Source: a virus
Lineage: Duplodnaviria; Caudoviricetes
Length of the DNA stretch: 24,874 nt
Reading direction: 5' to 3' (one strand)
Virus record (IMG/VR): IMGVR_UViG_3300046328_000416
Coordinates: 1 to 24,874 of that record
Below the pieces are notes generated by a model. That model was not told where the DNA came from. It did no database searches and saw nothing but the letters and a program-made list of their open reading frames with translations. How positions within the stretch are numbered: position 1 is the stretch's first letter; each line of letters starts with the position of its first letter. The position numbers were made by a program, and so were the translations under genes. This document shows positions 1 to 9,459 of the stretch, one piece after another.

Positions 1-453
1 GGGCCTAGGGTTGATCTGTTTGGTCAACCTGTTTTGCCGTTGCGGGAACGGCGTGGGCGGCCTTCATATGCAAAAACCTATGAAAATCAACGGTTTGTAG
101 AGGTTCGGGCCGCTGCTGGTTGGTCACAAGAGGTGATCGCGGCTGATATGGGCATTGATGCGGACACTTTGCGGAAACATTTTTCGGTGGAACTGCAATC
201 TGGGGCTTACAAAGTGCGCGGTGAGATGTTGGATATTTTGCGCCAGCGCGCCCGCGATGGTCACGTGCCGTCTGTGCGGGCCTTGGTTGACATGATTGAT
301 GCCAATTCAACCCCCACACCAAGGGGCCGCGTTGCGAAACCGGATGCCAGCAAAGACCTTGTAGAGGGTAAAAAGGCCGCGCGGTTGCGTGAGGCAAACC
401 AAAAGCCGGATGAATACGGCAATCTTTACGATAAACTGAACACCGCGCACTGA
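1..453 (+). CDS. terS: Terminase small subunit with HTH, probably 5'-truncated by the window edge
   Basis: Frame is open from base 1 (GPRVDLFGQPVLPLRERRGRPSY...). HTH-like segment WSQEVIAADMGIDADTLRKHFSVEL. Stop overlaps the TerL start (TGATG). Confidence 0.8.
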   Translation, partial: GPRVDLFGQPVLPLRERRGRPSYAKTYENQRFVEVRAAAGWSQEVIAADMGIDADTLRKHFSVELQSGAYKVRGEMLDILRQRARDGHVPSVRALVDMIDANSTPTPRGRVAKPDASKDLVEGKKAARLREANQKPDEYGNLYDKLNTAH

Positions 454-2198
454 TGCTGGATGGTCTGTCGTTCGCTTGTCCTGATTGGGAGGCGAAACTT
501 GCGGCCGGGCAAACGCCCATTCCTGACATTCCCGTCAATGATGTCTATGCCGATGTCGCGGTGGCGCTGTTCAACAAGTTGCGGATCCCGGATGTGCCGG
601 GCCAGCCCACGATGGGTGAGGCTGCGGGCGACTGGGTGCGCGATATTGTGCGCGCGGCCTTTGGCTGTGTGTCGCTGGTCGATGATCCAAAGCGGGTGGG
701 CGGCAAGAAACTGATCCGGCACGTGGGTGAGTTGTTCAACCTGGTGCCAAAAAAGAACGCCAAGACCACAAACGCAGGCGCCATCGGCCTTGTCTGGTTG
801 CAGCTGAACCGCACACCCAATGCGAATGGGGTGGTGATCGGTCCAACCCAAGAGGTTGCGGACACCTGTTTTGCGCAAATGGCGCAAATGATTGAACTGG
901 ATGACTATCTGCGCAAGCGGTTTCGGGTGATTGAACACCGTAAGACGATCATTGACATGGCGATTGATGAGGCCACCGGCAGGCCGCGCAATGCCAAACT
1001 GCGGGTCAAGTCCTTTGACCCCAAAGTGGTCACGGGCGGCATTCCTGCCTTTGCCATTCTGGACGAACTGCACGTCATGGCGGAATCGCATTATGCCAGC
1101 CGGGTGATCGGCCAAATTCGGGGCGGCATGGTGACCAACAGCGAAAGCCTGTTGATCATCATCACCACCCAATCGGAAAACCGCCCCAGCGGCGTGTTCA
1201 AGACCGAATTGGACTATGCCCGCGCGGTGCGTGATGGACGGGTGACGCAATCGGTGCGGATGTTGCCAGTTTTGTATGAGTTTTCGGAGGCGGTTCAGGC
1301 ATCGCCAGACCAGAAGTGGAAAGACCCAAGTATCTGGTATCAGGTGATGCCAAATCTGGGTCTGTCGCTGGATTTGCGGCGGATGATTGATGAATTTCAG
1401 CAGGCCCGCGACAAAGGCCAAAGCAATGTCATCGAATGGGCCAGCCAGCATCTGAACATTCAGGTGGGCATGGGCATGCATGATGACCGTTGGTCGGGTG
1501 CGGATTTCTGGAAAGGGGCCGCACAGCCCGGTTTGACCTTGGATGAAATCATTGCCACATCGGATGTTTGCACATTCGGCGGTGATGGTGGCGGTCTGGA
1601 TGACTTGATGTCGATGGGTGTTATTGGGCGTCACCGTGAAACACGGGTTTGGCGGTTTTGGGCGCGCGCCTGGGCTGACCCGATTGTGTTTGATCGGCGC
1701 AAGCAGCTTTCGGAAACCTTGCGTGGATTTGTCAAAGACGGCGATCTGGTGATCGGCGATTTGAATGCGGCCGAGGTGGAAATCACCGCAATCTGCAAGC
1801 GGTTGTCAGAGGCAGGGCTGTTGCCAGAAAAAGACGGCATCGGCCTTGACCCCTTTGGCATCGCCAGCCTGCTGGATCATCTTGGACTGGCTGGATTGGG
1901 TGAGACGATCACCGGCATCGGGCAAGGATACAAGCTGGGCCCCGCCATTCAAACGCTGCCACGCATGTTGAAAGACCGCAAACTGATCCACTGCGATCAA
2001 CCGCTTGTCGCGTGGGCCGTGGGCAACGTGAAAACGGTCATCCGGGGCAGCAACACATTGATTGAAAAAAAGGAGGCTGGCGTGACGAAGATTGATCCGG
2101 TGATTGCCATGCTGAACGCCGCGATGCTGATGCTGCGCGATCCAGAGGCTGCGATAACGGGTTCCTATTTGGACGATAACGAATTGCTGGTGCTCTGA
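453..2198 (+). CDS. terL: Terminase large subunit
   Basis: 581 aa. Walker A-like VPKKNAKTT, Walker B AILDELH, motif III IITT, nuclease acidic motif GGDGGGLDDL and C-terminal KIDPVIA. Confidence 0.95.
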   Translation: MLDGLSFACPDWEAKLAAGQTPIPDIPVNDVYADVAVALFNKLRIPDVPGQPTMGEAAGDWVRDIVRAAFGCVSLVDDPKRVGGKKLIRHVGELFNLVPKKNAKTTNAGAIGLVWLQLNRTPNANGVVIGPTQEVADTCFAQMAQMIELDDYLRKRFRVIEHRKTIIDMAIDEATGRPRNAKLRVKSFDPKVVTGGIPAFAILDELHVMAESHYASRVIGQIRGGMVTNSESLLIIITTQSENRPSGVFKTELDYARAVRDGRVTQSVRMLPVLYEFSEAVQASPDQKWKDPSIWYQVMPNLGLSLDLRRMIDEFQQARDKGQSNVIEWASQHLNIQVGMGMHDDRWSGADFWKGAAQPGLTLDEIIATSDVCTFGGDGGGLDDLMSMGVIGRHRETRVWRFWARAWADPIVFDRRKQLSETLRGFVKDGDLVIGDLNAAEVEITAICKRLSEAGLLPEKDGIGLDPFGIASLLDHLGLAGLGETITGIGQGYKLGPAIQTLPRMLKDRKLIHCDQPLVAWAVGNVKTVIRGSNTLIEKKEAGVTKIDPVIAMLNAAMLMLRDPEAAITGSYLDDNELLVL

Positions 2199-3421
2199 TG
2201 TTTGGATTTTTGCGCAAGTCGCAAACGCAGACGATTAACCAGCTGGCGGCGGCTTGGGTTGGTTGGACTTCTGCGGCGGGCAGTTCGGTCACCGTGCAAA
2301 ATTCGGTCGACGTGACGGCGGTTTTTTGTGCGGCGCGGGTGATTGCCGAAGGTATTGCGCAAATGCCTGTGCGTGTCGTTGAAGATCAGTTTGCAGATGG
2401 AAGTGATCTGCAAACCTTGCGCATTCGGCGTGACCACTGGGCGCACAAACTTTTGGCCATCAAGCCAAATCATTGGCAGACAAGCTATGAATTCCGCGAG
2501 GGGATGATTTTCTCAGCGGCTTTGGGCGCGGGCGCTGTCGCGATCAAAAGCACAGTTCGCGGTGAAGTGCGCGAGTTGCTACCCGTACCGCCGGGGGCAT
2601 GGGGAATTGAACAACTGGCCGACTGGTCGCTGCGTATTCGCATTGATTACAGCGACAAAACGCACGGATATTTTGGGCTAAACGAGGTTTTCTATTTGCG
2701 CGGGCCATCACTTGACGGTTTTTCCGCGCTTCCCGCAGTCAAGCAGGCGCGGCAAGCAATTGGCCTGTCGCGGGCGCTGGAAGCGCAGCAAGCACAGTTG
2801 GCAGGCAACGGGGGAAAACCATCCGGGGTGCTATCATTTGTTCAGCCATTGCGGACTGAGACAAAAGAAAAACTTAAGGAGACATGGCAATCGAAATTTG
2901 GTTTTGGGGGTGAGGGTGGTATCGCCATTTTGGACGGTGATGCCAAGTTCCAATCCATGACTATGACGAGCGTCGATGCGCAGTACATCGAAACCCGGCG
3001 CATGCAGATCGAAGAGGTTGCGCGCGCGTTCCGGGTTCAGCCTATCATGTTGATGCAGGCGGATAAGGCCGCGACGTTTGCCAGTGCTGAACAGATGTTT
3101 CGCAATCATGTGATCCACACCTTGGGGCCATGGATTGCGCGATTTGAAGAGGCGGCGGCGCGCGACATTCTGGGCCATGCAGAGGGGCTTCGCGTTGATC
3201 TTGACGAACGCAATTTGCTGCGCGGTGATTTCAAGGACCAAGCGGAATACTACGCCAAGGCACTTGGCGCGGGCGGAACGCCGGCATGGATGACGCAAGA
3301 CGAGGTGCGCGCAGAAATTGGGCTTAATCCAATGGGCGGTGCTGCGGCCGAGTTGTCTGCCGGATCAATGAACTCTGCGGCTTTACCGAAGGAAAAGGGC
3401 CCCACAAATGAAACCGAATAG
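2198..3421 (+). CDS. Portal protein, HK97 family
   Basis: 407 aa following TerL. Motifs AVFCAARVIAEGIAQMP, PNHWQTSYEF, GGKPSGVL, DAQYIETRRMQIEEVARAFRV, MTQDEVRAEIGLNP. Confidence 0.95.
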   Translation: MFGFLRKSQTQTINQLAAAWVGWTSAAGSSVTVQNSVDVTAVFCAARVIAEGIAQMPVRVVEDQFADGSDLQTLRIRRDHWAHKLLAIKPNHWQTSYEFREGMIFSAALGAGAVAIKSTVRGEVRELLPVPPGAWGIEQLADWSLRIRIDYSDKTHGYFGLNEVFYLRGPSLDGFSALPAVKQARQAIGLSRALEAQQAQLAGNGGKPSGVLSFVQPLRTETKEKLKETWQSKFGFGGEGGIAILDGDAKFQSMTMTSVDAQYIETRRMQIEEVARAFRVQPIMLMQADKAATFASAEQMFRNHVIHTLGPWIARFEEAAARDILGHAEGLRVDLDERNLLRGDFKDQAEYYAKALGAGGTPAWMTQDEVRAEIGLNPMGGAAAELSAGSMNSAALPKEKGPTNETE

Positions 3422-4073
3422 CCTTGTTATCGAAGGTAAAGCCGTTGGCTTGGCCAGCAAGACGGACAGCGGCGTTATCGAGGGGTATGCGTCGTTGTTT
3501 GGCGTCGTTGATGACGGCGGTGATTGCGTCATGCCGGGGGCTTACACCGCATCCTTAAAAAAAATGAAGTCTGATGGTCGCAGTGTGAAAATGCTTTGGC
3601 AGCACGATCCGTCGCAGCCCATTGGGGTTTGGGATGAGGTCCGTGAAGACGACAAGGGCCTTTGGGTGAAAGGTCGCATCTTGCCTGATGTCGAAAAGGG
3701 GCGTGAGGCGACTGCGCTTTTGGACGCGGGCGCTATTGACGGGCTGTCCATTGGCTATCGCACGATCAATTCGGCGCGTGGCAGCAAGGGTGAACGCAAG
3801 CTGCTTGAAGTGGAGATTTGGGAAGTGTCGTTGGTGACGTTCCCGATGCTGCGCAGCGCCCGTGTGGCAGCTAAGGCCGCAGAGGAATTTTCATCCGGTA
3901 ATGTGGCCGCGATGAAACGAGAACTGGAAGACTACCTGCGTGAGGCAGGCTTTTCCATCACAGAGGCCAAAGGCGGCGCGTCCGCTTTGGCTGCGAAGAT
4001 CGGGGCCATGCGTGAGGCTGGCACGGGCGTTGACGAACTTATTGCGTCCCTGATGGCACGCGGCAATCTTTGA
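3408..4073 (+). CDS. Prohead maturation protease, HK97 family
   Basis: IEGYASLFGVVD, MLWQHD (catalytic His), GLSIGY (catalytic Ser), EVSLVTFPM. Lies between portal and capsid genes. Confidence 0.95.
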   Translation: MKPNSLVIEGKAVGLASKTDSGVIEGYASLFGVVDDGGDCVMPGAYTASLKKMKSDGRSVKMLWQHDPSQPIGVWDEVREDDKGLWVKGRILPDVEKGREATALLDAGAIDGLSIGYRTINSARGSKGERKLLEVEIWEVSLVTFPMLRSARVAAKAAEEFSSGNVAAMKRELEDYLREAGFSITEAKGGASALAAKIGAMREAGTGVDELIASLMARGNL

Positions 4074-4095
4074 ACCCATGACATAGGAGTCCAGC

Positions 4096-5358
4096 ATGGA
4101 CCTTTTGGAACTTAAGAAGTCTCTTGACGTATCGAACGACAAGATTGAAATGACCCTGACGGCGTTGCGCGGCGAGGTCGAAGGTGCCAAGTCGAAAGAC
4201 GTTTTGCACGAAACCAAAATGGGCAAGATCGAAGTCGATCTGGCCGCATCGTTGAAGGTTTCCCAGGACATTGCCCTGCAGATGAAGGCTATGGATGACC
4301 GCCTGACCGAGGCGGAAACCAAAGCTGCGCGTCCTGGTGGCAAGCCCGCCAATAAGGACGCGGACGAATACAAGGGCGCGTTCACGAACTACCTGCGTAA
4401 TCCGATGGATCCGCAGGTTCAGCAAAAGATGTATGATCTTTCGCGCAAAGCCGCAGATGTGCGCACCTCCACCGGCGCGTCCGGTGGTTTTGCTTTGCCA
4501 GAAGAGATTTCAGCCGACATCGCGCGCCAAGTTATGGATATCAGCGCCATTCGTTCAATTGCCCGCGTCGTCCAAGTCGGGACACCGGACTATAAGGAAC
4601 TGGTTGATCTGAACGGGTTTGGTACGGAATGGGTCGGCGAAACCGGAGTGCGGGCTGTCACAAACACCCCGAATATCGGTGAAGTCGCGCCGACATTTGG
4701 TAGCCTTGTGGCAAAGCCAGAAGCAACGATTGAATCGCTTGAAGACCTGTTTTTCAATGTTGAATCGTGGCTTTCAAGTTCGGCCGTCGACCACTTCGCC
4801 CAAGGCGAAGGGTTGGCCTTTGTTTCTGGCGATGGCACCAACAAACCTACAGGGTTTTTGGCTGGTCCTGCCCCGCTTGCTACGGCTGACGCAGTGCGCG
4901 CGTTTGGTACACTGCAATATGTCCCAACTGGTCAGGCGGCGGCGCTTGCAACCAATGCGTTTGATACCTTCAAGGATATCAGCTTTACCCTGAAAGGCGA
5001 TTATCGCAAGAATGGTCGTTGGGTTATGAACTCGCTGACCTTGGCTGCGCTGTCCAAGGTAAAAGACACGCAGGGCGTTTACCTTTTGCAGCGGTCTGTG
5101 GCAGAAGGCACGCCATACACCCTTGAAGGTTACGGCATCACCATTGCGGAAGACATGCCGATCATTGCGGCAAACGCCTTCCCAGTGGCCTTTGGCGACT
5201 TCGCGCGGGGCTATCTTATCGCAGACCGCGTTGGAATGTCGATCATTCGCGATGAAGTGACCAAGCCGGGTTATGTGCGCTACATCATGCGCCGTCGCCT
5301 TGGCGGCAAGGTCAAAGACACCAACGCGATCAAGCTGTTGAAGATCGCTGCGTCCTGA
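4096..5358 (+). CDS. Major capsid protein, HK97 fold, with N-terminal coiled-coil delta domain
   Basis: 420 aa with RBS AGGAG. Motifs GGFALPEE, AFVSGDGTNKPTGFL, WVMNS, FGDFARGYLIADR, RRLGGKVKD. Confidence 0.95.
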   Translation: MDLLELKKSLDVSNDKIEMTLTALRGEVEGAKSKDVLHETKMGKIEVDLAASLKVSQDIALQMKAMDDRLTEAETKAARPGGKPANKDADEYKGAFTNYLRNPMDPQVQQKMYDLSRKAADVRTSTGASGGFALPEEISADIARQVMDISAIRSIARVVQVGTPDYKELVDLNGFGTEWVGETGVRAVTNTPNIGEVAPTFGSLVAKPEATIESLEDLFFNVESWLSSSAVDHFAQGEGLAFVSGDGTNKPTGFLAGPAPLATADAVRAFGTLQYVPTGQAAALATNAFDTFKDISFTLKGDYRKNGRWVMNSLTLAALSKVKDTQGVYLLQRSVAEGTPYTLEGYGITIAEDMPIIAANAFPVAFGDFARGYLIADRVGMSIIRDEVTKPGYVRYIMRRRLGGKVKDTNAIKLLKIAAS

Positions 5359-5381
5359 TTTCGCGCGAAACGTAAACCAAT

Positions 5382-5408
5382 GGGGGGGGCGAAAGTCGCC
5401 CCCTTCTC
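5382..5408 (+). terminator. GC-rich hairpin after the capsid gene; weak intrinsic terminator or mRNA-stabilising stem
   Basis: GGGGGGGGC-GAAA-GTCGCCCCC stem (one mismatch, one G-T pair, GNRA loop) followed by a short TTCTC tract. Confidence 0.55.
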
Positions 5409-5439
5409 GCTGACCTTCCCAAAATAATTGAGGTAGCCA

Positions 5440-5814
5440 ATGCCGTTCATTGCTGATCGGGTATACGACAACGGATTGACCGTGTTGGACACCGAGGCCA
5501 CGCATCTTTATCTGTGTTCGCTTGAGCCAACCACATTCACGCAAGCGACGGTCACCAACGCTTTGGGCAGCAAGTCGCTGGCGGCTGGTGATGTGACGCT
5601 GGCTGCGGGCGCGCCCAATGGTCGGCAGGCGGGCGTTCTGGCGTTGACCGCTGGGGCCGTTTCGGCCACGGGCACCGCCACGCATTATGCGATTGTGGAT
5701 TTCACCAACTCGCGCCTGCTGGCAACGGCGGCGCTGAGTGCATCGCAGGCGGTGACCAGCGGCAACACATTCACCACCACCGCATTCACCATCCGCATTC
5801 CAGCGGCGGTTTAA
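5440..5814 (+). CDS. Small beta-rich putative virion protein (head or neck fibre/decoration subunit?)
   Basis: 124 aa with strong RBS GAGG, Ala/Thr/Gly-rich, C-terminal GTATHYAIVD...AVTSGNTFT...FTIRIP. Lies directly after the capsid gene. Confidence 0.6.
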   Translation: MPFIADRVYDNGLTVLDTEATHLYLCSLEPTTFTQATVTNALGSKSLAAGDVTLAAGAPNGRQAGVLALTAGAVSATGTATHYAIVDFTNSRLLATAALSASQAVTSGNTFTTTAFTIRIPAAV

Positions 5815-5815
5815 C

Positions 5816-6601
5816 ATGGCAATCACAACGGTTGACGGATTCACCGGGGCTGCGCGTCAGTATCCAGCCTATGTCAAAACCGCCACGCGGACGGTTATCG
5901 CCGGAAACTGGTTCACGCTGTTTGATCTGGCAGGTCAGCCTGGTGCGGGTGTTTTGGCGGGAACATCGGTCGCGGCTGGTGTGGTCCCGGTCGCGGGTGG
6001 CGCTGGTTTCCCGAATATCGTCTCAATCGCGGATTCTGGATATCTTTCTGGGGTTCAATTCGGGTCAAGTGTGGCATGCAGGTTGTCCCTATTTGATCTT
6101 TTGTGGAAAGCCGGGGCCTATCCGTTCAATGCCGCACAAGCGCTGACGGGTCAGCCATCGTTTGCAGCGCGTGTTCCGGGGGCAAACTACGCCGTCACTT
6201 CCATCTGGATTGAGGCTGTGACTGCCTTTACGGGCATTCCAACCTTTACCATCACCTATACCAATCAGAGCGGGGTTGCGGGCCGCACGGCAACGATTGC
6301 CGCTGCGAGCGCCCTAACACTTGGTCGAATGCTGCAAATTCCGCTGCAATCTGGCGACACTGGTGTTCAGCTGATCACAAACGTGACTTGCACCGTCGCG
6401 ACAGTTGGAACCTTTAATGTCCTGGTGATGCGCGCGTTGTGGTCAGGTCGTGTTCGCGCCGCGAATGACGGCGGAAATGACAACATGGTGGCGACTGGAT
6501 TGCCGCCAATGTTCAGTACCACAGCCCTATATTTGGCCGTGGCGGCTGACGCGACATCGAGCGGTAACCCTGAGTTGAGGCTGACGGTCAGCGATGGCTA
6601 A
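5816..6601 (+). CDS. Hypothetical putative virion protein
   Basis: 261 aa, beta-strand-like composition, 1 nt after the previous stop and overlapping the next gene. Confidence 0.6.
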   Translation: MAITTVDGFTGAARQYPAYVKTATRTVIAGNWFTLFDLAGQPGAGVLAGTSVAAGVVPVAGGAGFPNIVSIADSGYLSGVQFGSSVACRLSLFDLLWKAGAYPFNAAQALTGQPSFAARVPGANYAVTSIWIEAVTAFTGIPTFTITYTNQSGVAGRTATIAAASALTLGRMLQIPLQSGDTGVQLITNVTCTVATVGTFNVLVMRALWSGRVRAANDGGNDNMVATGLPPMFSTTALYLAVAADATSSGNPELRLTVSDG

Positions 6602-7589
6602 CCTGTCGTTCGATCCCTTCAATCGTTCGCCGTTTGAGGGGTTTGGTTTAGGAACGACAGCCGCAGTTGCGGTTTTGGAAGATACCTCGTTTGACGCTGC
6701 GGTGGCAGGCCCGGCAATCCCTGTCGGATTAATCGCTGGTGCGCCTGTTGTGGGTGGTGCAACGGTTGGTCAGGTTCACGCGCTGGCCCCTGCCAGTCTG
6801 GCGGCGGCGGCACCTGTTGTGGGTCAAACAACGCTGGGTGGCGCGGTCGGTGTTGTTCCTGTCGGATTGCTGGCAGGTGCGCCTGTTGTTGGTGCTGCGA
6901 CGGTTGGTCAGGTTCATGCGCTGGCCCATGCCATTCTGGCGGCGGCGGCACCTGTTGTGGGTCAACCCGCGCTGGGTGGCGCGGTCGGTGTTGTTCCTGT
7001 CGGATTGCTGGCAGCTGCGCCTGTTGTTGGTGCTGCAACCTTCGGTCAGGTTCACGCGCTGGCCCCTGCCAATCTGGCGGCGGCGGCACCTGTTGTGGGT
7101 CAAACCACGCTGGGTGGCGCTGTTGGTGTTGTTCCTGTCGGATTGCTGGCAGCTGCGCCTGTTGTTGGTGCTGCGACGGTTGGTCAGGTCCATGCGGTGA
7201 GTGTGGCCAATATGGCCGCTGGTGCGCCTGTTGTGGGTCAAACTGCGCTGGGTGGTGCTGTCGGTGTGCTTCCGGTTGGACTGGCCGCTGGTGCGCCTGT
7301 TGTAGGCGCTGTGACGGTTGGTCAGGTTCATGCGGTGATTGCCGCCAATCTGGTTACGGGTGCGCCCATTCTGACTTTGGTCACCGTCAATGGGCAGCTG
7401 ATTGGCCCGAGTGCCGTGCGCGCCGAATATCTTGGCAGTGCAGCAGAAAATGAACGTGAGACACCACACGGTATGGACCGCATGAGCCCGTTGGTATCGC
7501 AGCGGGTTTTGCCAGTTGGCGATCAGCGCCGTGCCGTGCAAGCAGCTGGTGTGGGACGAAATAGAATGGCCGGGGGGGCGCACAGATGA
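6594..7589 (+). CDS. Ala/Val/Gly/Pro-rich tandem-repeat protein (putative fibre or scaffold)
   Basis: 331 aa containing about ten 23-aa units alternating as A/B pairs. ATGA overlap with the head-tail connector gene. Confidence 0.7.
   Translation: MANLSFDPFNRSPFEGFGLGTTAAVAVLEDTSFDAAVAGPAIPVGLIAGAPVVGGATVGQVHALAPASLAAAAPVVGQTTLGGAVGVVPVGLLAGAPVVGAATVGQVHALAHAILAAAAPVVGQPALGGAVGVVPVGLLAAAPVVGAATFGQVHALAPANLAAAAPVVGQTTLGGAVGVVPVGLLAAAPVVGAATVGQVHAVSVANMAAGAPVVGQTALGGAVGVLPVGLAAGAPVVGAVTVGQVHAVIAANLVTGAPILTLVTVNGQLIGPSAVRAEYLGSAAENERETPHGMDRMSPLVSQRVLPVGDQRRAVQAAGVGRNRMAGGAHR
6720..7400 (+). repeat. Coding tandem repeat with a 138-bp period (two 69-bp subunits), about 5 copies
   Basis: Unit starts (CCTGTCGGA or CCGGTTGGA) at 6720, 6858, 6996, 7134 and 7272, exactly 138 bp apart. 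Confidence 0.95.
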
Positions 7590-8137
7590 GCCTAACATTG
7601 ATCACGCCGCCCATTGACCCTGTGGTCAGCGTGGACGAAATCAAAGCAACTGCCCGCGTGCTGCATGCGGACGAAGATGTTTTGCTGACGCAATTGGTTG
7701 CGGCAGCGGTGTCACATTTGGACGGGTATAACGGGGTTCTGGGTCTGTGTCTGGCGGCGCAAACGTGGGAATTGACCTATGATGTTTTCCCCTGTGGCGC
7801 GTTAAAGTTGCCGCTTGGCCCGGTGATGTCCATCGTTTCGGTGTCTTATCTGGACGCCGCTGGTGTGTTGCAGGTGATGAATCCTATTGAATATCAGGTC
7901 GACACCACTGACGGCGAAGGATGGGTTGTTCCAGTTGCCGATTGGCCCGCCACGGGCAGTTTTGTGAACGCCGCGCGCATTCGATATATCGCAGGTCACG
8001 CGGTCGTGCCGCCCGCCTTAAAGGTCGCGGTGCGCATGTTGGCCGCGCATTGGTACGCCAACCGCGAAGGGCAGGGGGTATTTCCGCCCGCTGTCGATGC
8101 GCTGATCCAGCCATTCCGCAAGCTGTGGATGGCATAG
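7586..8137 (+). CDS. Head-tail connector (adaptor) protein, phiE125 gp8 / HK97 gp6-like
   Basis: PVVSVDEIKATARV...EDVLLTQLVAAA, LAAQTW, VPPALKVAVRMLAAHWYANRE. Confidence 0.9.
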   Translation: MSLTLITPPIDPVVSVDEIKATARVLHADEDVLLTQLVAAAVSHLDGYNGVLGLCLAAQTWELTYDVFPCGALKLPLGPVMSIVSVSYLDAAGVLQVMNPIEYQVDTTDGEGWVVPVADWPATGSFVNAARIRYIAGHAVVPPALKVAVRMLAAHWYANREGQGVFPPAVDALIQPFRKLWMA

Positions 8138-8175
8138 TCTAGTCCCGTTTTTTAACACAACTTGGAGGCCAAACC

Positions 8176-8697
8176 ATGGCATTGAATGTTCGCACGAATG
8201 CAGCCTGGACGTTTTTGGAAACGGGCACGCCTGATCCTGGTGCTGCGCAGTTTTCCGGGGTTCTGGAGCATATCCTTGAATTTACCACCGGCACGGCGGC
8301 GTTTCAGGCCGATCTGATCTATGTCAAAGAACGCACTGTTTTGTCGGGCGCGAATGATGACATTGACTTGTCTGGTGTCTTGGTGCGCCCGTTGGGTGGT
8401 ACGCTGACCGCCGTCGAAATCGTTGGAATTTTCATCATCAACGCCCCGTCTTATGGCGGTGTGGCCAACACCACCAACCTGACCATGGGTGCCGGCACCA
8501 ACCCTGTCGTGGGCTATCTGGGAGGCACCGCACCCACCATCGGGCCTATCCGCCCGAATGGCATGCGCATGTTGCTGGAAACCGATGTGGCGGGTCTGTG
8601 CCCGGTTGTCGCGGCCACGGGTGACATTTTGCGCATCGCCAACAGTGCGGGCGCATCGGCCACCTACCGCATCGCCATTCTGGCCCGCAGCGTCTAA
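8176..8697 (+). CDS. Hypothetical putative structural protein in the neck region
   Basis: 173 aa with strong RBS GGAGG, beta-rich, located between the connector and head-closure genes. Confidence 0.6.
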   Translation: MALNVRTNAAWTFLETGTPDPGAAQFSGVLEHILEFTTGTAAFQADLIYVKERTVLSGANDDIDLSGVLVRPLGGTLTAVEIVGIFIINAPSYGGVANTTNLTMGAGTNPVVGYLGGTAPTIGPIRPNGMRMLLETDVAGLCPVVAATGDILRIANSAGASATYRIAILARSV

Positions 8698-8708
8698 TCG
8701 CGGGTCGG

Positions 8709-9059
8709 GTGATGCATTCAACAGCCATGGCGGGGCCAATGAATTTCAAGCTGGCGTTTGATGCGCCCTTTCCTGTGTCAAACGGCATGGGCGGGGTGAC
8801 AGACGGCTGGATTGAACGCCATGTCTGTTGGGGGGCGTTGACGTTTTTGCGCGGCGGTGAGGTTGTGATGGGTGCGCGCCTTGCGGGCAGGCAACCCGTG
8901 GTGGTGACCTTGCGCGATTGTGCGCCCGCGCGGCTGATTGAAACTGATTGGCGCATGCGCGATTTGCGCAGCGGCGTGGCCTATAACATCCGCACGATCA
9001 TCGCCAGTGATGACCGCGCCACATGGCAGCTGACATGCGAAAGCGGGGTAGCGCTGTGA
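8709..9059 (+). CDS. Head-closure / head-tail adaptor protein, SPP1 gp16-like; start uncertain
   Basis: AFDAP...NGMGGVTDGW, GEVVMGARLAGRQPVVVTLR, DWRMRDLRSGVAYNIR. Confidence 0.85.
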   Translation: MMHSTAMAGPMNFKLAFDAPFPVSNGMGGVTDGWIERHVCWGALTFLRGGEVVMGARLAGRQPVVVTLRDCAPARLIETDWRMRDLRSGVAYNIRTIIASDDRATWQLTCESGVAL

Positions 9060-9457
9060 GTATTTCGACGGCGTTGCAAACCTTGATTTTTCAACGGTTG
9101 ACCGGGTTTGCGGGTGTCACCGCATTGGTGGGTGCGCGGGTTTATGACCATCCGTCAAAAGATGTGGTTTACCCCTATATCAGTTTCGGGGCGTCTGACT
9201 ATCAACCCGAGGATTATGATTGCATCGCGGCGCGCACTGAAACCCAGCAAATCGACATCTGGTCGCGCAAGCAGGATGGCAAGCGCGAATGCAAGACCAT
9301 CGTCGATGCGGTTAAAGCTGCGCTGCACGGCTATGCGGCAAACCCGGTCGAGGGCGCTTTGGTCGATATGCGGGTGACCATGGTGCGGGTGATGGATGAT
9401 CCTGACGGCATCACCAGCCACGGTGTCATTCAATTGGAAATGCTGGTCGAGGAATAG
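9056..9457 (+). CDS. Tail terminator / completion protein, DUF3168-like
   Basis: GTG start overlapping the previous stop. LQTLIFQRL...LVGARVYDHP...YPYISFG, QIDIWSR, DPDGITSHGV. Confidence 0.9.
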   Translation: MSISTALQTLIFQRLTGFAGVTALVGARVYDHPSKDVVYPYISFGASDYQPEDYDCIAARTETQQIDIWSRKQDGKRECKTIVDAVKAALHGYAANPVEGALVDMRVTMVRVMDDPDGITSHGVIQLEMLVEE

Positions 9458-9459
9458 CC

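Noticed and set aside
426-1634. 402-aa minus-strand ORF
   Set aside because: Antisense shadow of the terminase large subunit with no recognisable motifs.
4774-5844. 356-aa minus-strand ORF
   Set aside because: Antisense to the capsid gene and the next gene; typical high-GC shadow frame.
6720-7400. CRISPR array or diversity-generating retroelement repeats
   Set aside because: Repeats are contiguous, in-frame and lack unique spacers. No cas or reverse transcriptase gene is present, and differences are not adenine-specific.
6619-7598. Repetitive minus-strand ORFs of 156 and 289 aa
   Set aside because: Open only because the underlying repeat lacks stops in those frames. The + strand frame is coupled to its neighbours.
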